Below, in pieces: positions 63,756-64,000 of a stretch of DNA of 64,000 nt. The position numbers and the translations under genes are program-made. A model generated the notes under the pieces. The model did no database searches and was not told the DNA's origin. It saw only the letters and a list, made by a program, of their open reading frames with translations. The stretch lies in contig JAGVNJ010000009.1 in the NCBI GenBank assembly GCA_020053305.1, forward strand, positions 10,426 through 74,425, written 5' to 3'. The stretch's first letter is position 1, and each line of letters opens with the position of its first letter. Source of the stretch: Candidatus Edwardsbacteria bacterium (GTDB taxonomy: Bacteria > Edwardsbacteria > AC1 > EtOH8).

Positions 63756-64000
63756 CGTGACACCATCGTTTTCCCCAGGGAGGTCCTGGTTTCGGTTGCG
63801 GATCTCTGTTCCAGCCGGATAAAGTAAACGCCGTTCATTACCTGGCGGCCCCGGGCATCCTTTCCGTCCCAGCCGATCGGCTGATCGGGCTGGCTGCCGG
63901 TTATCTCTTTTATCTTCTGCCCGGACAGGTCGTAGATAACAGCTTTGACCGATATTGCGCCGGGCAGGGGGGTGAAAACGATGCGGGCAAAATTCTTTAT
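63752..64000 (-). CDS. C-terminus of an FlgD-Ig/T9SS-like-domain protein (partial)
   Basis: Reads ...IYDLSGQKIK...WDGKDARGRQVMNGVYFIRL...*; ATGA overlap with the PorV-like gene. Confidence 0.85.
   Translation of the reverse strand: MKNFARIVFTPLPGAISVKAVIYDLSGQKIKEITGSQPDQPIGWDGKDARGRQVMNGVYFIRLEQRSATETRTSLGKTMVSR

Noticed and set aside
1-64000. CRISPR array, rRNA, prophage, reverse transcriptase
   Set aside because: No regularly spaced repeats or hallmark genes seen; the repeats are dispersed palindromes

Overview
GC-rich core-chromosome segment of a diderm bacterium. FlgD-Ig/T9SS-like C-terminal domains, PorV-like and PorW-like genes and many lipoproteins suggest an FCB-associated candidate phylum such as TA06/Edwardsbacteria (inference only). 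It holds about 52 CDS and one tRNA-Arg(CCG). The main blocks are: purS-purQ-(HD-GYP)-purL; msrA; a TlpA/CsgG-PEGA/cohesin/LVIVD-dockerin/beta-barrel envelope operon; holA-X-leuS; a DUF2723 (TMEM260-like) gene beside an Ig-rich secreted protein; an IS3 remnant; a seven-gene umuD-umuC-X-TPR-SRAP-uvrC-ogt cluster; tldD-TPR-pyrK-pyrD-rlpA-pyrF-pyrE; mlaE-GNAT-mlaF; yicC-OMP-gmk-rpoZ-coaBC-udg-dnaB; and GH57/MalK/RecJ-like/PorV-like genes. Four signals stand out. (1) A stand-alone lipoprotein fuses an OppA-type binding protein to a TonB C-terminal domain and sits divergent from a secreted M19 dipeptidase. (2) A ~240-nt multi-hairpin minus-strand RNA upstream of mlaE may be an orphan IS110-type non-coding (bridge-RNA-like) end. 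(3) Several short palindromic element families lie both between genes, sometimes nested in each other, and in-frame inside purL, msrA, leuS and two envelope genes. (4) A cohesin-dockerin surface operon has its beta-propeller inserted within an Fn3 module. No CRISPR array, rRNA, prophage or intact transposase was seen. All family assignments come from motif recognition by eye, not database searches.
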